From Patescibacteria group bacterium (GTDB taxonomy: Bacteria > Patescibacteriota > Patescibacteriia > XYB2-FULL-38-15): a DNA stretch of 64,000 bases. The stretch spans positions 227,166 through 291,165 of the forward strand of contig JBAZJZ010000001.1 in assembly GCA_041650995.1 (NCBI GenBank). The letters are read 5' to 3'. Position numbers and translations under genes: made by a program. The notes beneath the pieces were generated by a model. That model searched no databases. It was not told the origin of the DNA and saw nothing but the letters and a program-made list of their open reading frames with translations. Of the stretch, positions 61,860-64,000 are shown piece by piece; within the stretch, counting starts at the first letter, position 1, and every line of letters begins with the position of its first letter.

Positions 61860-63848
61860 TCAACCATCTCCAAACTCGATTTTTTTATTCGGTAAGCGAA
61901 TAAAAAATTGACTACCCTCCCCCACTTTGCTTTGAACGTCAATAATCCCCCCGTGAGCTTCTGTAATTGATTTACAAATTGCCAATCCGAGCCCGCTGCC
62001 ACCAATTTTTTCTCTGGTACGAACTTTATTAACGCGATAAAATCTTTCAAAAATAAACGGCAATTCATCTTCGGGGATACCGATGCCGTTATCCGCAATA
62101 ATCACCTTAATTTCTTCGGCATTATTTTCCGCCGAAAGGCGGACCCGGCCATTGTTTTTTCCATATTTGATTGCATTAGATATCAAGTTCAACAATAATT
62201 TCAAAAATTTATTTTCATCAATCATGGCATTCACCCCGCTATTGACATTCACTTCTATTTTTATATTTTTTTCTTTAGCCAAGATTTCCATTGACTGAGC
62301 CGCTGTTTTTAAAAGATTTTCTAAATTTACGGTAGTTTTTTTAATATTAAGTTTTCCAGATCCGGCATGCGTTAAAACCATCAAATCAGCAAGAATTCCA
62401 GACATTCGCTCAACCTCCTCATCAATACTTTTTAAAGTTTCCTTGAGGTCCTTCACCTTCACTTTCTCGTCCAAAAGAGCAATATCAAGATTTCCTTTCA
62501 TGATGGTAAGTGGCGTTCTAAGCTCGTGTGATGCATCGGCAATAAATTGAGACTTCAACTCAATTGATTTTTCTAATTTTTGATTGGCAATCTTCAACTC
62601 TTCTGTTCTTAGCTGGACTTTCTCTTCCAAATTTTTATTTAAATCTTTTACCCTTTCATACAACTGACTATTAGAAATCGCCACCGCCGCACTATTAGCC
62701 AGAGTGACCATCAATTCCGCATCCTCGTCCTTAAATCTTCCTGTTTCATCACTATCAATTTTTATAATGCCGATAACCTCCTTTTCTAAAATAATCGGCA
62801 CGGCGAGTTCTGATTTAATATTTTCAATCTCTGGCCGGCTAATAAAATATGGATCATTTTTAAGATCATTACTATAATATGGCTGCTTGATAAAAGCGGC
62901 ATGGCCGCAAAGTCCTTGCCCAACTTTGATACGAACATTTTGCCAACCAGCAGGCATATTATATGCCTCTTTAATAACTAAGTCATCCCTATTTTCAAGC
63001 ATTAAAACAGCGCCGCTGACCGCGTTCGTCAATTTTACCGCGTTCCGAAGAATTAGCCAAAGAACTTCTTCCAGGTTCAACACAGAATTGATCGCTCTTG
63101 ATATTTGGTCTATTAAGTGAATCTGTTTAACTTTATTTCGTACCTGTTCCAAGGCAATAAATGTTTCGGTGTTGTCTTGAGCAACCGAGATAGCTCCCTC
63201 TACTTCACCCTTTTTATTTTTAAGTGGTACGGCGTAAAAATTTAAAAATTTTCTTGGAATCCAGGAACTGCGTGTGTAGTTAATATACTGAAATGATTCG
63301 CCGTTTTTTAATAAATTGTTATATCTAGATTGGAGCTCCTCTGATTCGTACACAAAACCAAAATTAAAAATACTCTTACCTATTTTCTCCGATACCAACT
63401 TCCCTGAAAGTTCGGTAAAGTATGGATTAGCTGAGATAACTTCACCTTTTTTATTAAGAGTTAAAATACTGACGGGAACATTTTCTAAAATCTTTTCGTA
63501 TTCTTCTTTTCGCCGCTGAAGTTCTTTTTCCAAAATATTTTTTTTTCTAAGAGCGACTCGGCCACTACAGTATAAGTAAGAACTTGCAATAAGCGCTGAA
63601 ACAACAAGGGCGACCCAAAAATAATTTACTATTTGAAAAAGAGAAATTCCTAAATTAAAAGGTTTGACATCTTCCCAAAAAGCAAACTGGTGATGGGTGT
63701 ATTGATATATAAAATAAAAAATTCCCAGCACTAAGCCAATGCTGGAAAGAAAATAAAATGAAAAATAATCGGAGAGATGAGACCCCGCCTTTTCGCAAGC
63801 AACTCTGCAGGATTCCACCAAATCAGTTTTTGATTTAGGTTTTAACAT
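61860..63848 (-). CDS. Membrane sensor histidine kinase (TM-PAS-GAF-HisKA-HATPase)
   Basis: SHELRTPL, NLISNAIKY, DNGIG, GSGLGL. Confidence 0.94.
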   Translation of the reverse strand: MLKPKSKTDLVESCRVACEKAGSHLSDYFSFYFLSSIGLVLGIFYFIYQYTHHQFAFWEDVKPFNLGISLFQIVNYFWVALVVSALIASSYLYCSGRVALRKKNILEKELQRRKEEYEKILENVPVSILTLNKKGEVISANPYFTELSGKLVSEKIGKSIFNFGFVYESEELQSRYNNLLKNGESFQYINYTRSSWIPRKFLNFYAVPLKNKKGEVEGAISVAQDNTETFIALEQVRNKVKQIHLIDQISRAINSVLNLEEVLWLILRNAVKLTNAVSGAVLMLENRDDLVIKEAYNMPAGWQNVRIKVGQGLCGHAAFIKQPYYSNDLKNDPYFISRPEIENIKSELAVPIILEKEVIGIIKIDSDETGRFKDEDAELMVTLANSAAVAISNSQLYERVKDLNKNLEEKVQLRTEELKIANQKLEKSIELKSQFIADASHELRTPLTIMKGNLDIALLDEKVKVKDLKETLKSIDEEVERMSGILADLMVLTHAGSGKLNIKKTTVNLENLLKTAAQSMEILAKEKNIKIEVNVNSGVNAMIDENKFLKLLLNLISNAIKYGKNNGRVRLSAENNAEEIKVIIADNGIGIPEDELPFIFERFYRVNKVRTREKIGGSGLGLAICKSITEAHGGIIDVQSKVGEGSQFFIRLPNKKIEFGDG

Positions 63849-64000
63849 ATTTAAACCTATCCTAAATTATTCATTTAAAAGACTTCTGATAGTTATTAAT
63901 TCAATTTTACCGAGGCTCCTGAATTATCTTATAACCAACATTACGAACAGTTTTAATCAGCTGTAACGGAAAATCCCCGTCAATTTTTTTTCTTAAATTA

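Overview
AT-rich bacterial chromosome segment, standard code, most consistent with a Patescibacteria/CPR (Parcubacteria-like) genome; this taxonomy is inferred, not proven. The backbone is housekeeping: a Xer-type tyrosine recombinase, queA, cell-envelope glycosyltransferases and flippase, panD, two Ca/Na antiporters, a UvrD-nuclease fusion, proS, mreBCD-mrdA, greA, lysS, serS, alr, ftsQ, gltX, thpR, amrS/B/A, clpB with a CIRCE element, priA-def-fmt, a complete F1Fo atp operon and a sensor kinase. The main unexplained feature is a second class of genes. About 13 GC-rich, mostly orphan units (0.3-1.3 kb) sit between backbone genes. Nearly all have a sigma70-type promoter, most have a strong Shine-Dalgarno, and all end in an intrinsic terminator, six of which share a (C)CGAC...GTCG(G)-like stem. 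The backbone starts examined have no SD and use AT-rich codons. One unit is a GC-recoded, SD-led tandem paralog of its AT-rich neighbour, which suggests the class can arise in situ and may be tuned for a different translation system. Also found: a symmetric dif-like 11-6-11 site, a REP-like palindrome inserted in frame in queA, heptamer repeats, and an unlisted HTH gene next to the recombinase. No tRNA, rRNA or CRISPR array was seen.
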